A stretch of DNA of 64,000 nt from Eledone cirrhosa (taxonomy: Eukaryota), in NCBI GenBank assembly GCA_964016885.1, contig OZ024743.1:204910001-204974000 (forward strand), given 5' to 3'. Shown one piece after another: positions 23,594-39,544 of this stretch. Position numbers and translations under genes: made by a program. Below the pieces are notes generated by a model. The model was not told the DNA's origin, made no database searches, and saw only the letters and a program-made list of their open reading frames with translations. Numbering within the stretch: the stretch's first letter is position 1; each line of letters opens with the position of its first letter.

Positions 23594-26456
23594 TTAATGA
23601 GTTTTTATGATGTTTTAATGGCGTTGTAATTGTTTTTTATTGGGTTTTTAATATAATTTTGTATGAGCTTTTAATGGGGGTTTTCAATGTTGTTTTTAAT
23701 GGAGTGTTTAATGGAATTTTAATGGGGGTTTGATAAAAAAAAATTAATTGTTTTTAATTTAATTTTTAATGCGTTTTTGATGGTGTTTAAGTGCGTTCAT
23801 GATGAACTTTTTAATGGATTTTTAATGGGGTTTTAATTGACTTTTTAATGGTGTTTTCAATGTAATTTTTAATGATAGTTTAATGGTGTTTTAATGACGT
23901 TTTAATTGTGTTTTTTATGGTGTTTTAGTGACGTTTAAATAGGATTTTTAATTGGTTTTTTAATTGAGTATTTATATGAGTTTTCACTGGTGTTTTTAAT
24001 GGGTTTTTCAATATTGCATTTAATGAAATTTTTAATATGGTTTCAAATGGAATTTTTAATGTGTTTTTAATTGGGTTTCTAGTGACGTTTTTAATGGTAC
24101 TTTAAATGACGTTTTAATGACTTTTATGGCGTTTTAATGGGTTTTTTAATTGGGTTTTTAATGTAGTTTTTTAAAAGATCTTTACTTGGGATTTTATGGG
24201 TTTTCAATGCGGTTTTTAATGGTATATTAATGGAGTTTTTGGTGTGGTTGTTAATGGTATTAGTGACATTTTAATGTGTTTTTAATGGTGTTTTAAGCGA
24301 GTTTCTGATTTAGTTTAAATTTAAATATTTGATGGTCCTTCTAATGGGCTTTAATGGATGTGTAATGTGTTTAATGCAATTTTAATGGGGTTTAATGGGG
24401 GTAGTAGGTTTCAATGGGTTTTAATGGAGTTTTAATGGCTAGTGCTCTTTTTTTAAGAGTTTTTAATGGTGTTTTTAATGGTTTTTCATTGAGCTTTTAA
24501 TTCCGTTTTTAATTGCGTTTTTAATCTAGTTTTAAAATTGAGTTTTAATGGGTTTTTCAATTAGGTTTTTAATGGATTTATAATGGTGTTTTTTACGGAC
24601 CCTTTAATTTTTTATAATGGGTTTTCAATGCCGTTTTAATGGTGTTTTTTAATGGTATCCTTAATGACGCTTCGATAAGTTTCAATGTTATTTTAATGGG
24701 GTTTTGATTGATTTTTTAATGGAGTTTTTTTTAATGAACTTTTATTGGGGTTTTTAACTGAATTTTTAATGTTTTTCAATTAGATTTTTTATGGAGTTTT
24801 TATGGGCTTTTTAATGAGTTTTTAATGGTGTGCTAATTGAGTTTTCAATTACCTTTTTAATTGAGTATAAAATCGAGTTTTTACTAAGTTTTTAATGAAT
24901 TTTTAATGGAATTTTAATGGGGGTTTCCAATGGACTTTTAATTGTGTTTTAATGGGGTTTTAAAATTGGTTTTTAGTTGCATTTTTCAGGGGCTTTTAAT
25001 GGGGCTTAATGGGGGTTTAATGGGGGATTTAATTGAGTTTTTAATGGAGTTTAATAGAGTTTATAATGGAGGTTTTAATGGAGTTTTTAATGAAGTTTTA
25101 ATGTAGTTTTTAATGAGGTTTTTAATGACGATTTTAATGGCGTTCTTAATGGCGTTTTAATGGTATTTTATGGCATTTTAATGACGGTTGTAATGGTTTT
25201 TAATGGAGTGTTAATTGGTTATTAATTGTATTTTAATGGGTTTTATGAGCTTTTTAATGGGTTTTTAGTGATGTTTTTAATGGAGTTTTTAATGGGTCTT
25301 TTAATGGAATTTGCAATGTATTTTTTAATGGTGTTTTCAATTGTATTTTTAATGACGTTTTAATGGTGTTTTTTATGGCGTTTTAATAGGATTTTTAATT
25401 GGTTTTTTAAAGGACTATTATTATGGGTTTTTTATGTAATTTTATAATGGGATTTTCAGTAGGGTTTTTAATTGGATTTTTAATGGAGTTTATAATATGG
25501 TTTTTAATTGGATTTTTAAAGAATTTATAATTGCGGTTTTAATATAGTGTTTAATGGAGTATTTAATTGGTTTTTAATGGTAATGTTAATGGAGTGTTTA
25601 ATGTGTTTTTAATGGGGGAGGAGGGGGGTAAAATGCAGTTTTTAATTGAGTTATCAATGGAGTTTTTAATGACATTTTTTATGACGTTTTAATAGCGTTT
25701 TATGACGTTTTAATGACGTTTTAATGGTTTTTTTATTGGGTTTTGGGAGTTTTTATGAGCTTCTAATTAGGTTTTAAATGGGGTTTTCAATGAGGTTTTT
25801 AGTGGAATTTTTAATGGGCCTTTAATGTATTTTTAATGGGATTTTAATGTTTTTTATGGCGTTTTTAATGGTATTTTAAATGCTGTTTTAATGTTTCTTT
25901 TATGGCCTTTTAATTGGGTTTTTGATTGAGTTTTTAATGGATTTTTTTTAACGAGAATTATGAAGTTTAATGGGTTTCCAGTGTGTTTTAAATGAAGTTT
26001 TTGATAATATTTTTAATGGAATTTTAATGGCGGTTATGGGATTTTAATGGGTTCTGGTGGTATTTTTGTGGGTTTTAATGGGGTGTTAAATGGTTTTAAT
26101 GTTGTTTTACTTGCGCTTTCGATTATGTTTACAATTAAGTTTTTACTGTTTTTAATTGGATTTTTAATGGATTTTAATGTGGTTTTTAATGGAATTTTAA
26201 TGGTGTTTTAATATAGTTTTTAATGGGTTTCGGATGTAGCTTTTAATGGTGGTTTAGTGTGCTTTTTATTGGGTTTTTAATGAGTTTTTATGAGCTTTTC
26301 AATGGAGTTTTTAATGGTGTTTATATATATATATATATACATACATATATATGTATATATATATATTTACACATATATATGTGTATATATATATGTGTAT
26401 ATATATATTTACACATATATATGTGTATATATATATTTACACATATATATGTGTAT

Positions 26457-26498
<42 letters not shown>

Positions 26499-26599
26499 TT
26501 AAATATATATATATATATATATATATTAAATATATATATATATATATATATTAAATATATATATATATACATATATTAAATATATATATATATATATAT

Positions 26600-26634
<35 letters not shown>

Positions 26635-26914
26635 TATATATATATATATATATATATTAAATATATATATATATATATATATATTAAATATATATATATA
26701 TATATATATATATTCCACTTTCATGTTACACACTATATATAAACTGGGATTTATATTTTGCGTTAGTGCCATATTAAGCTGACAACGATATATTCGTATC
26801 TTAAAAAATATTTTTTTTAGATCACATTGTTCTAGATATTATTAAAATTATTAAATCTATTTTCAATTTGCACGAACACTTGCATATACTACATACATAC
26901 ATTTATATAGACAC

Positions 26915-27305
26915 TAACACAAATATTAGCATATACATAATTTCTTAGTCATTGAGGATGTGTTTTTATACATACATATGCATATTGCATACATACATAC
27001 ATACACACATACAAGCATATACATAGACATACACACATATATACACACACTATATATATATATATACATACACACACACACACATATATATATACACACA
27101 CACACTATATATATATATAGTGTGTGGTGTATATATATATATGTGTGTGTGTGTATGTATATATATACAGTGTGTGTATATATATGTGTGTGTATGTGTA
27201 TGTATATGCTTGTATGTGTGTATGTATGGATGCAATATGCATATGTATGTATAAAAAAACACATCCTCAATTACTAAGAAAATATGTATCTGCTAATATT
27301 TGTGT

Positions 27306-27307
<2 letters not shown>
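26915..27307. repeat. Palindrome (R1), 393 bp variant
   Basis: Same termini with small internal indels. Confidence 0.93.
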
Positions 27308-27337
<30 letters not shown>

Positions 27338-27400
27338 CGCACACACTATATATATATATATATATACATACACACTATATATATATATATACACACACAC

Positions 27401-27449
<49 letters not shown>

Positions 27450-28209
27450 AATCCCATTAAAAACCACATTAAAAATTCAATTAAAAATCTATTTTGAAAA
27501 ACCCATTAAAAACCCCATTATAAGCTCATAAAACACTCCATTAAAACCCCAACCAAACCCCCCATTAAAACACAATTAAAACATCATTAAGAATGCCAAT
27601 AAAAGCGCCATTAAAAACCACATTGGAAATCCATAAAAACCCAATTAAAACAAAATTAAAGTTTCCATTAAAAGTCCCCATTAAAACTCCATTAAAACCC
27701 CCATTAACCCCCCCCCCCTCGAAAAGACATTAAAACCTCAAATTTAAACCGAAATAAAAACTCAATAAAAACGCAATTAAAAACTCAATTAAAACACCAT
27801 TAAAAACACAATTAAAAGCCCATTAAACCAATTAAAATTGCATTAACACACCACTAAGGTTCCATTGGAAAACCATTAAAAATGTCATTAAAAACTACAC
27901 TGAAAACCCATTAAACCCCTATTAAAAGCGCACCCAAAACTTTATAAAAAACCAAATAAAAACCCCATTAAAATACCATTAAAACGGCATAAAACACCAT
28001 TAAAACTACATTAAAACTCAATTAAAAATTCCATTTAAATCTCCATTATAAACTCAATTAAAACTCCATTAAAACTCAATTAAAAACTCCATTAAAAACA
28101 CACACACATGAAGTTACATGCTGGCTTGCACACTTATAGCGATTGCTATTTCCTTTTAATTTCATTAAAACTAGGATGTTTTAGAAAGATAAAAACAAAA
28201 CTGAATAAT

Positions 28210-28341
28210 GAAGAGACTAGGGAGGGGTAAAGAAAGGCAGATCAGGCTGTAGAGGACAGTAGGGGGAGAAGAGGGAAGAGACTTGGGAGGGGCAAAGAAA
28301 GGCAGATCTGGCTGTAGAGGACAGTAGGGGGAGAAGAGGCA
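28210..28341 (-). repeat. 2x65 bp direct repeat (R1)
   Basis: Reverse complement, GAGGCAG variant. Confidence 0.95.
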
Positions 28342-31300
28342 GAAATAAACTAAATTATAAACTAAGTTATAAACTAAATTATAAACTAAATTAAAAACTC
28401 AATAAAATAAAATAAAATAAAATAAAATAAAATAAAATAAAATAAAATAAAATAAAATAAAATAAAATAAAATAAAATAAAATAAAAAATAAAATAAAAT
28501 AAAATAAAATAAAATAAAATAAAATAAAATAAAATAAAATAAAATAAAATAAAATAAAAAAAAATAAAATAAAATAAAATAAAAAAAACTAAAAAATATA
28601 AATAAAATAAAATAAAATAAATAAAATAAAATAAAATAAAATAAAATAAAATAAATAAAAATAAAATAAAATAAAAAAAAATAAAAAAAAATTAAATATA
28701 AAAAATAAATAAAATAAAATAAAATAAGAACTCAATTAAAAACTCAGTAAAAACTCAATTAAAAACTCAATTAAAAACTCAATCGAAGCACCATTAAAAC
28801 ACCATTAAAAACTCCACTATAAACCCACTAAACCCATTAAAAACCAATTAAAAATTCAATTACACATCCCATTAGAAATTTCATTAAAAACTCAATTAAA
28901 AGTTCCATTGAAAACACATTCAAAACCCATTAACCCCATATTAAAAGTTCATAAAACTCTATTAAAAACCCAATAACAAACCAATTAAAACGCCATTAAA
29001 ACGCCACAAAACACAATAAAATGTCATTAAAACGCCATTAAAAGCCATATTATAAATTTCATAAAAAACAATTGAAAACCCCATTATTTATGAGCCTTTT
29101 TTATGAGTTTTTAATAGTGTTTTAATTCAGTTTTTAATTGCGTTTAAAATTGGGTTTTAATGGCTTTTTAATGGTGTTTTAATGGAATTCTAATGGGATT
29201 TTCGATGGTGTTTAATGGGTTTTTTATGGAGTTTTTAATTGGGTTTTCAATGGTGTTGTTTATGAGTTTTTAAATGGGTTTTTAATGGAATTTTTGATTG
29301 CGTTTTTAATGAAATTTTTAATAGATTCGAGGATGTTTTAATGGAGTTTTTAATGGTCTTTTTAATGGCGTTTTAATTGTGTTTTTATGGTGTTTAAATG
29401 CGTTTTAATGATTTTTAATTGGGTTTTTAATGGAGTATTTTTAATGAGCTCTTAATGGATTTTTCAATTGGATACTTAATGGGTTTTAATGGAATTTATA
29501 ATAAGGGTTCTAATTGACTTTAAATATGATTTTTAATGGAGTTTTTAATGAAATTTCTAATGGTGTTTTTAATTGCGTTTTCCCCCGTGAGGGTTTTAAT
29601 GGCATTTTAAATGACATTTTAATGAGTTTTTATGATGTTTTAATGGCGTTGTAATTGTTTTTTATTGGGTTTTAATATAATTTTGTATGAGCTTTTAATG
29701 GGGGTTTTCAATGTTGTTTTTAATGGAGTGTTTAATGGAATTTTAATGGGGGTTTGATAAAAAAAATTAATTGCTTTTTAATTTAATTTTTAATGCGTTT
29801 TTGATGGTGTTTAAGTGCGTTCATGATGATCTTTTTAATGGATTTTTAATGGGGTTTTAATTGACTTTTTAATGGTGTTTTCAATGTAATTTTTAATGAT
29901 AGTTTAATGGTGTTTTAATGACGTTTTAATTGCGTTTTTTATGGTGTTTTAGTGACGTTTAAATAGGATTTTTAATTGGTTTTTTAATTGAGTATTTATA
30001 TGAGTTTTCACTGGTGTTTTTAATGGGTTTTTCAATATTGCATTTAATGAAATTTTTAATATGGTTTCAAATGGAATTTTTAATGTGTTTTTAATTGGGT
30101 TTCTAGTGACGTTTTTAATGGTACTTTAAATGACGTTTTAATGACTTTTATGGCGTTTTAATGGGTTTTTTAATTGGGTTTTTAATGTAGTTTTTTAAAA
30201 GATCTTTACTTGGGATTTTATGGGTTTTCAATGCGGTTTTTACTGGTATATTAATGGAGTTTTTGGTGTGGTTGTTAATGGTATTAGTGACATTTTAATG
30301 TGTTTTTAATGGTGTTTTAAGCGAGTTTCTGATTTAGATTAAATTTAAATATTTGATGGTCCTTCTAATGGGCTTTAATGGATGTGTAATGTGTTTAATG
30401 CAATTTTAATGGGGTTTAATGGGGGTAGTAGGTTTCAATGGGTTTTAATGGAGTTTTAATGGCTAGTGCTCTTTTTTTAAGAGTTTTTAATGGTGTTTTT
30501 AATGGTTTTTCATTGAGCTTTTAATTCCGTTTTTAATTGCGTTTTTAATCTAGTTTAAAAATTGAGTTTTAATGGGTTTTTCAATTAGGTTTTTAATGGA
30601 TTTATAATGGTGTTTTTTACGGACCCTTTAATTTTTTATAATGGGTTTTCAATGCCGTTTTAATGGTGTTTTTTAATGGTATCCTTAATGACGCTTCGAT
30701 AAGTTTCAATGTTATTTTAATGGGGTTTTGATTGATTTTTTAATGGAGTTTTTTTAATGAACTTTTATTGGGGTTTTCAATCAGGTTTTTAACTGAATTT
30801 TTAATGTTTTTCAATTAGATTTTTTATGGAGTTTTTATGGGCTTTTTAATGGGTTTTTAATGGTGTGCTAATTGAGTTTTCAATTACCTTTTTAATTGAG
30901 TATAAAATCGAGTTTTTACTAAGTTTTTAATGAATTTTTAATGGAATTTTAATGGGGGTTTCCAATGGACTTTTAATTGTGTTTTAATGGGGTTTTAAAA
31001 TTGGTTTTTAGTTGCATTTTTCAGGGGCTTTTAATGGGGCTTAATGGGGGTTTAATGGGGGATTTAATTGAGTTTTTAATGGAGTTTAATAGAGTTTATA
31101 ATGGAGGTTTTAATGGAGTTTTTAATGAAGTTTTAATGTAGTTTTTAATGAGGTTTTTAATGACGATTTTAATGGCGTTCTTAATGGCGTTTTAATGGTA
31201 TTTTATGGCATTTTAATGACGGTTGTAATGGTTTTTAATGGAGTGTTAATTGGTTATTAATTGTATTTTAATGGGTTTTATGAGCTTTTTAATGGGTTTT

Positions 31301-32491
31301 TAGTGATGTTTTTAATGGAGTTTTTAATGGGTCTTTTAATGGAATTTGCAATGTATTTTTTAATGGTGTTTTCAATTGTATTTTTAATGACGTTTTAATG
31401 GTGTTTTTTATGGCGTTTTAATAGGATTTTTAATTGGTTTTTTAAAGGACTATTATTATGGGTTTTTTATGTAATTTTATAATGGGATTTTCAGTAGGGT
31501 TTTTAATTGGATTTTTAATGGAGTTTATAATATGGTTTTTAATTGGATTTTTAAAGAATTTATAATTGCGGTTTTAATATAGTGTTTAATGGAGTATTTA
31601 ATTGGTTTTTAATGGTAATGTTAATGGAGTGTTTAATGTGTTTTTAATGGGGGAGGAGGGGGGTAAAATGCAGTTTTTAATTGAGTTATCAATGGAGTTT
31701 TTAATGACATTTTTTATGACGTTTTAATAGCGTTTTATGACGTTTTAATGACGTTTTAATGGTTTTTTTATTGGGTTTTGGGAGTTTTTATGAGCTTCTA
31801 ATTAGGTTTTAAATGGGGTTTTCAATGAGGTTTTTAGTGGAATTTTTAATGGGCCTTTAATGTATTTTTAATGGGATTTTAATGTTTTTTATGGCGTTTT
31901 TAATGGTATTTTAAATGCTGTTTTAATGTTTCTTTTATGGCCTTTTAATTGGGTTTTTGATTGAGTTTTTAATGGATTTTTTTTAACGAGAATTATGAAG
32001 TTTAATGGGTTTCCAGTGTGTTTTAAATGAAGTTTTTGATAATATTTTTAATGGAATTTTAATGGCGGTTATGGGATTTTAATGGGTTCTGGTGGTATTT
32101 TTGTGGGTTTTAATGGGGTGTTAAATGGTTTTAATGTTGTTTTACTTGCGCTTTCGATTATGTTTACAATTAAGTTTTTACTGTTTTTAATTGGATTTTT
32201 AATGGATTTTAATGTGGTTTTTAATGGAATTTTAATGGTGTTTTAATATAGTTTTTAATGGGTTTCGGATGTAGCTTTTAATGGTGGTTTAGTGTGCTTT
32301 TTATTGGGTTTTTAATGAGTTTTTATGAGCTTTTCAATGGAGTTTTTAATGGTGTTTATATATATATATATATACATACATATATATGTATATATATATA
32401 TTTACACATATATATGTGTATATATATATGTGTATATATATATTTACACATATATATGTGTATATATATATTTACACATATATATGTGTAT

Positions 32492-32535
<44 letters not shown>

Positions 32536-32536
32536 T

Positions 32537-32573
<37 letters not shown>

Positions 32574-32717
32574 TATATATATATATATATATTAAATATA
32601 TATATATATACATATATTAAATATATATATATATATATATTAAATATATATATATATATATATATATATTAAATATATATATATATATATTAAATATATA
32701 TATATATATATATATAT

Positions 32718-32754
<37 letters not shown>

Positions 32755-32953
32755 CACTTTCATGTTACACACTATATATAAACTGGGATTTATATTTTGC
32801 GTTAGTGCCATATTAAGCTGACAACGATATATTCGTATCTTAAAAAATATTTTTTTTATATCACATTGTTCTAGATATTATTAAAATTATTAAATCTATT
32901 TTCAATTTGCACGAACACTTGCATATACTACATACATACATTTATATAGACAC

Positions 32954-33347
32954 TAACACAAATATTAGCATATACATAATTTCTTAGTCATTGAGGATGT
33001 GTTTTTATACATACATATGCATATTGCATACATACATACATACACACATACAAGCATATACATAGACATACACACACACATATATACACATACTATATAT
33101 ATATATATACATACACACACACACACATATATATATACACACACACACTATATATATATATAGTGTGTGGTGTATATATATATATGTGTGTGTGTGTATG
33201 TATATATATACAGTGTGTGTATATATATGTGTGTGTATGTGTATGTATATGCTTGTATGTGTGTATGTATGGATGCAATATGCATATGTATGTATAAAAA
33301 ACACATCCTCAATTACTAAGAAAATATGTATATGCTAATATTTGTGT

Positions 33348-33349
<2 letters not shown>
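32954..33349. repeat. 396 bp palindrome (R2)
   Basis: Same termini as in F1. Confidence 0.95.
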
Positions 33350-33379
<30 letters not shown>

Positions 33380-33442
33380 CGCACACACTATATATATATA
33401 TATATATACATACACACTATATATATATATATACACACACAC

Positions 33443-33491
<49 letters not shown>

Positions 33492-34249
33492 AATCCCATT
33501 AAAACCCACATTAAAAATTCAATTAAAAATCTATTTTGAAAAACCCATTAAAAACCCCATTATAAGCTCATAAAACACTCCATTAAAACCCCAACCAAAC
33601 CCCCCATTAAAACACAATTAAAACATCATTAAGAATGCCAATAAAAGCGCCATTAAAAACCACATTGGAAATCCATAAAAACCCAATTAAAACAAAATTA
33701 AAGTTTCCATTAAAAGTCCCCATTAAAACTCCATTAAAACCCCCATTAACCCCCCCCCTCGAAAAGACATTAAAACCTCAAATTTAAACCGAAATAAAAA
33801 CTCAATAAAAACGCAATTAAAAACTCAATTAAAACACCATTAAAAACACAATTAAAAGCCCATTAAACCAATTAAAATTGCATTAACACACCACTAAGGT
33901 TCCATTGGAAAACCATTAAAAATGTCATTAAAAACTACACTGAAAACCCATTAAACCCCTATTAAAAGCGCACCCAAAACTTTATAAAAAACCAAATAAA
34001 AACCCCATTAAAATACCATTAAAACGGCATAAAACACCATTAAAACTACATTAAAACTCAATTAAAAATTCCATTTAAATCTCCATTATAAACTCAATTA
34101 AAACTCCATTAAAACTCAATTAAAAACTCCATTAAAAACACACACACATGAAGTTACATGCTGGCTTGCACACTTATAGCGATTGCTATTTCCTTTTAAT
34201 TTCATTAAAACTAGGATGTTTTAGAAAGATAAAAACAAAACTGAATAAT

Positions 34250-34381
34250 GAAGAGACTAGGGAGGGGTAAAGAAAGGCAGATCAGGCTGTAGAGGACAGT
34301 AGGGGGAGAAGAGGGAAGAGACTTGGGAGGGGTAAAGAAAGGCAGATCTGGCTGTAGAGGACAGTAGGGGGAGAAGAGGCA
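34250..34381 (-). repeat. 2x65 bp direct repeat (R2)
   Basis: Reverse complement, GAGGCAG variant. Confidence 0.95.
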
Positions 34382-37300
34382 GAAATAAACTAAATTATAA
34401 ACTAAGTTATAAACTAAATTATAAACTAAATTAAAAACTCAATAAAATAAAATAAAATAAAATAAAATAAAATAAAATAAAATAAAATAAAATAAAATAA
34501 AATAAAATAAAATAAAATAAAATAAAAAATAAAATAAAATAAAATAAAATAAAATAAAATAAAATAAAATAAAATAAAATAAAATAAAATAAAATAAAAT
34601 AAAAAAAAATAAAATAAAATAAAATAAAAAAAACTAAAAAATATAAATAAAATAAAATAAAATAAATAAAATAAAATAAAATAAAATAAAATAAAATAAA
34701 TAAAAATAAAATAAAATAAAAAAAAATAAAAAAAAATTAAATATAAAAAATAAATAAAATAAAATAAAATAAGAACTCAATTAAAAACTCAGTAAAAACT
34801 CAATTAAAAACTCAATTAAAAACTCAATCGAAGCACCATTAAAACACCATTAAAAACTCCACTATAAACCCACTAAACCCATTAAAAACCAATTAAAAAT
34901 TCAATTACACATCCCATTAGAAATTTCATTAAAAACTCAATTAAAAGTTCCATTGAAAACACATTCAAAACCCATTAACCCCATATTAAAAGTTCATAAA
35001 ACTCTATTAAAAACCCAATAACAAACCAATTAAAACGCCATTAAAACGCCACAAAACACAATAAAATGTCATTAAAACGCCATTAAAAGCCATATTATAA
35101 ATTTCATAAAAAACAATTGAAAACCCCATTATTTATGAGCCTTTTTTATGAGTTTTTAATAGTGTTTTAATTCAGTTTTTAATTGCGTTTAAAATTGGGT
35201 TTTAATGGCTTTTTAATGGTGTTTTAATGGAATTTTAATGGGATTTTCGATGGTGTTTAATGGGTTTTTTATGGAGTTTTTAATTGGGTTTTCAATGGTG
35301 TTGTTTATGAGTTTTTAAATGGGTTTTTAATGGAATTTTTGATTGCGTTTTTAATGAAATTTTTAATAGATTCGAGGATGTTTTAATGGAGTTTTTAATG
35401 GTCTTTTTAATGGCGTTTTAATTGTGTTTTTATGGTGTTTAAATGCGTTTTAATGATTTTTAATTGGGTTTTTAATGGAGTATTTTTAATGAGCTCTTAA
35501 TGGATTTTTCAATTGGATACTTAATGGGTTTTAATGGAATTTATAATAAGGGTTCTAATTGACTTTAAATATGATTTTTAATGGAGTTTTTAATGAAATT
35601 TCTAATGGTGTTTTTAATTGCGTTTTCCCCCGTGAGGGTTTTAATGGCATTTTAAATGACATTTTAATGAGTTTTTATGATGTTTTAATGGCGTTGTAAT
35701 TGTTTTTTATTGGGTTTTAATATAATTTTGTATGAGCTTTTAATGGGGGTTTTCAATGTTGTTTTTAATGGAGTGTTTAATGGAATTTTAATGGGGGTTT
35801 GATAAAAAAAATTAATTGCTTTTTAATTTAATTTTTAATGCGTTTTTGATGGTGTTTAAGTGCGTTCATGATGATCTTTTTAATGGATTTTTAATGGGGT
35901 TTTAATTGACTTTTTAATGGTGTTTTCAATGTAATTTTTAATGATAGTTTAATGGTGTTTTAATGACGTTTTAATTGCGTTTTTTATGGTGTTTTAGTGA
36001 CGTTTAAATAGGATTTTTAATTGGTTTTTTAATTGAGTATTTATATGAGTTTTCACTGGTGTTTTTAATGGGTTTTTCAATATTGCATTTAATGAAATTT
36101 TTAATATGGTTTCAAATGGAATTTTTAATGTGTTTTTAATTGGGTTTCTAGTGACGTTTTTAATGGTACTTTAAATGACGTTTTAATGACTTTTATGGCG
36201 TTTTAATGGGTTTTTTAATTGGGTTTTTAATGTAGTTTTTTAAAAGATCTTTACTTGGGATTTTATGGGTTTTCAATGCGGTTTTTACTGGTATATTAAT
36301 GGAGTTTTTGGTGTGGTTGTTAATGGTATTAGTGACATTTTAATGTGTTTTTAATGGTGTTTTAAGCGAGTTTCTGATTTAGATTAAATTTAAATATTTG
36401 ATGGTCCTTCTAATGGGCTTTAATGGATGTGTAATGTGTTTAATGCAATTTTAATGGGGTTTAATGGGGGTAGTAGGTTTCAATGGGTTTTAATGGAGTT
36501 TTAATGGCTAGTGCTCTTTTTTTAAGAGTTTTTAATGGTGTTTTTAATGGTTTTTCATTGAGCTTTTAATTCCGTTTTTAATTGCGTTTTTAATCTAGTT
36601 TAAAAATTGAGTTTTAATGGGTTTTTCAATTAGGTTTTTAATGGATTTATAATGGTGTTTTTTACGGACCCTTTAATTTTTTATAATGGGTTTTCAATGC
36701 CGTTTTAATGGTGTTTTTTAATGGTATCCTTAATGACGCTTCGATAAGTTTCAATGTTATTTTAATGGGGTTTTGATTGATTTTTTAATGGAGTTTTTTT
36801 AATGAACTTTTATTGGGGTTTTCAATCAGGTTTTTAACTGAATTTTTAATGTTTTTCAATTAGATTTTTTATGGAGTTTTTATGGGCTTTTTAATGAGTT
36901 TTTAATGGTGTGCTAATTGAGTTTTCAATTACCTTTTTAATTGAGTATAAAATCGAGTTTTTACTAAGTTTTTAATGAATTTTTAATGGAATTTTAATGG
37001 GGGTTTCCAATGGACTTTTAATTGTGTTTTAATGGGGTTTTAAAATTGGTTTTTAGTTGCATTTTTCAGGGGCTTTTAATGGGGCTTAATGGGGGTTTAA
37101 TGGGGGATTTAATTGAGTTTTTAATGGAGTTTAATAGAGTTTATAATGGAGGTTTTAATGGAGTTTTTAATGAAGTTTTAATGTAGTTTTTAATGAGGTT
37201 TTTAATGACGATTTTAATGGCGTTCTTAATGGCGTTTTAATGGTATTTTATGGCATTTTAATGACGGTTGTAATGGTTTTTAATGGAGTGTTAATTGGTT

Positions 37301-38536
37301 ATTAATTGTATTTTAATGGGTTTTATGAGCTTTTTAATGGGTTTTTAGTGATGTTTTTAATGGAGTTTTTAATGGGTCTTTTAATGGAATTTGCAATGTA
37401 TTTTTTAATGGTGTTTTCAATTGTATTTTTAATGACGTTTTAATGGTGTTTTTTATGGCGTTTTAATAGGATTTTTAATTGGTTTTTTAAAGGACTATTA
37501 TTATGGGTTTTTTATGTAATTTTATAATGGGATTTTCAGTAGGGTTTTTAATTGGATTTTTAATGGAGTTTATAATATGGTTTTTAATTGGATTTTTAAA
37601 GAATTTATAATTGCGGTTTTAATATAGTGTTTAATGGAGTATTTAATTGGTTTTTAATGGTAATGTTAATGGAGTGTTTAATGTGTTTTTAATGGGGGAG
37701 GAGGGGGGTAAAATGCAGTTTTTAATTGAGTTATCAATGGAGTTTTTAATGACATTTTTTATGACGTTTTAATAGCGTTTTATGACGTTTTAATGACGTT
37801 TTAATGGTTTTTTTATTGGGTTTTGGGAGTTTTTATGAGCTTCTAATTAGGTTTTAAATGGGGTTTTCAATGAGGTTTTTAGTGGAATTTTTAATGGGCC
37901 TTTAATGTATTTTTAATGGGATTTTAATGTTTTTTATGGCGTTTTTAATGGTATTTTAAATGCTGTTTTAATGTTTCTTTTATGGCCTTTTAATTGGGTT
38001 TTTGATTGAGTTTTTAATGGATTTTTTTTAACGAGAATTATGAAGTTTAATGGGTTTCCAGTGTGTTTTAAATGAAGTTTTTGATAATATTTTTAATGGA
38101 ATTTTAATGGCGGTTATGGGATTTTAATGGGTTCTGGTGGTATTTTTGTGGGTTTTAATGGGGTGTTAAATGGTTTTAATGTTGTTTTACTTGCGCTTTC
38201 GATTATGTTTACAATTAAGTTTTTACTGTTTTTAATTGGATTTTTAATGGATTTTAATGTGGTTTTTAATGGAATTTTAATGGTGTTTTAATATAGTTTT
38301 TAATGGGTTTCGGATGTAGCTTTTAATGGTGGTTTAGTGTGCTTTTTATTGGGTTTTTAATGAGTTTTTATGAGCTTTTCAATGGAGTTTTTAATGGTGT
38401 TTATATATATATATATATACATACATATATATGTATATATATATATTTACACATATATATGTGTATATATATATGTGTATATATATATTTACACATATAT
38501 ATGTGTATATATATATTTACACATATATATGTGTAT

Positions 38537-38578
<42 letters not shown>

Positions 38579-38579
38579 T

Positions 38580-38618
<39 letters not shown>

Positions 38619-38768
38619 TATATATATATATATATATATATTAAATATATATATATATACATATATTAAATATATATATATATATATATTAAATATATAT
38701 ATATATATATATATATATTAAATATATATATATATATATTAAATATATATATATATATATATATATAT

Positions 38769-38809
<41 letters not shown>

Positions 38810-39008
38810 CACTTTCATGTTACACACTATATATAAACTGGGATTTATATTTTGCGTTAGTGCCATATTAAGCTGACAACGATATATTCGTATCTTAAAA
38901 AATATTTTTTTTAGATCACATTGTTCTAGATATTATTAAAATTATTAAATCTATTTTCAATTTGCACGAACACTTGCATATACTACATACATACATTTAT
39001 ATAGACAC

Positions 39009-39404
39009 TAACACAAATATTAGCATATACATAATTTCTTAGTCATTGAGGATGTGTTTTTATACATACATATGCATATTGCATACATACATACATACAC
39101 ACATACAAGCATATACATAGACATACACACACACATATATACACACACTATATATATATATATACATACACACACACACACATATATATATACACACACA
39201 CACTATATATATATATAGTGTGTGGTGTATATATATATATGTGTGTGTGTGTATGTATATATATACAGTGTGTGTATATATATGTGTGTGTATGTGTATG
39301 TATATGATTGTATGTGTGTATGTATGGATGCAATATGCATATGTATGTATAAAAAACACATCCTCAATTACTAAGAAAATATGTATATGCTAATATTTGT
39401 GTTA
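39009..39404. repeat. 396 bp palindrome (R3)
   Basis: Same termini as in F1. Confidence 0.95.
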
Positions 39405-39495
39405 TATATATATATATGTATATATATATATACGCACACACTATATATATATATATATATACATACACACTATATATATATATATACACACACAC

Positions 39496-39544
<49 letters not shown>

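Larger units (their letters stand above)
23594..29618 (-). repeat. Macrosatellite unit R1
   Basis: Landmark to landmark, 6025 bp; carries the 103 bp deletion. Confidence 0.95.
29619..35663 (-). repeat. Macrosatellite unit R2
   Basis: 6045 bp; carries the 103 bp deletion. Confidence 0.95.
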
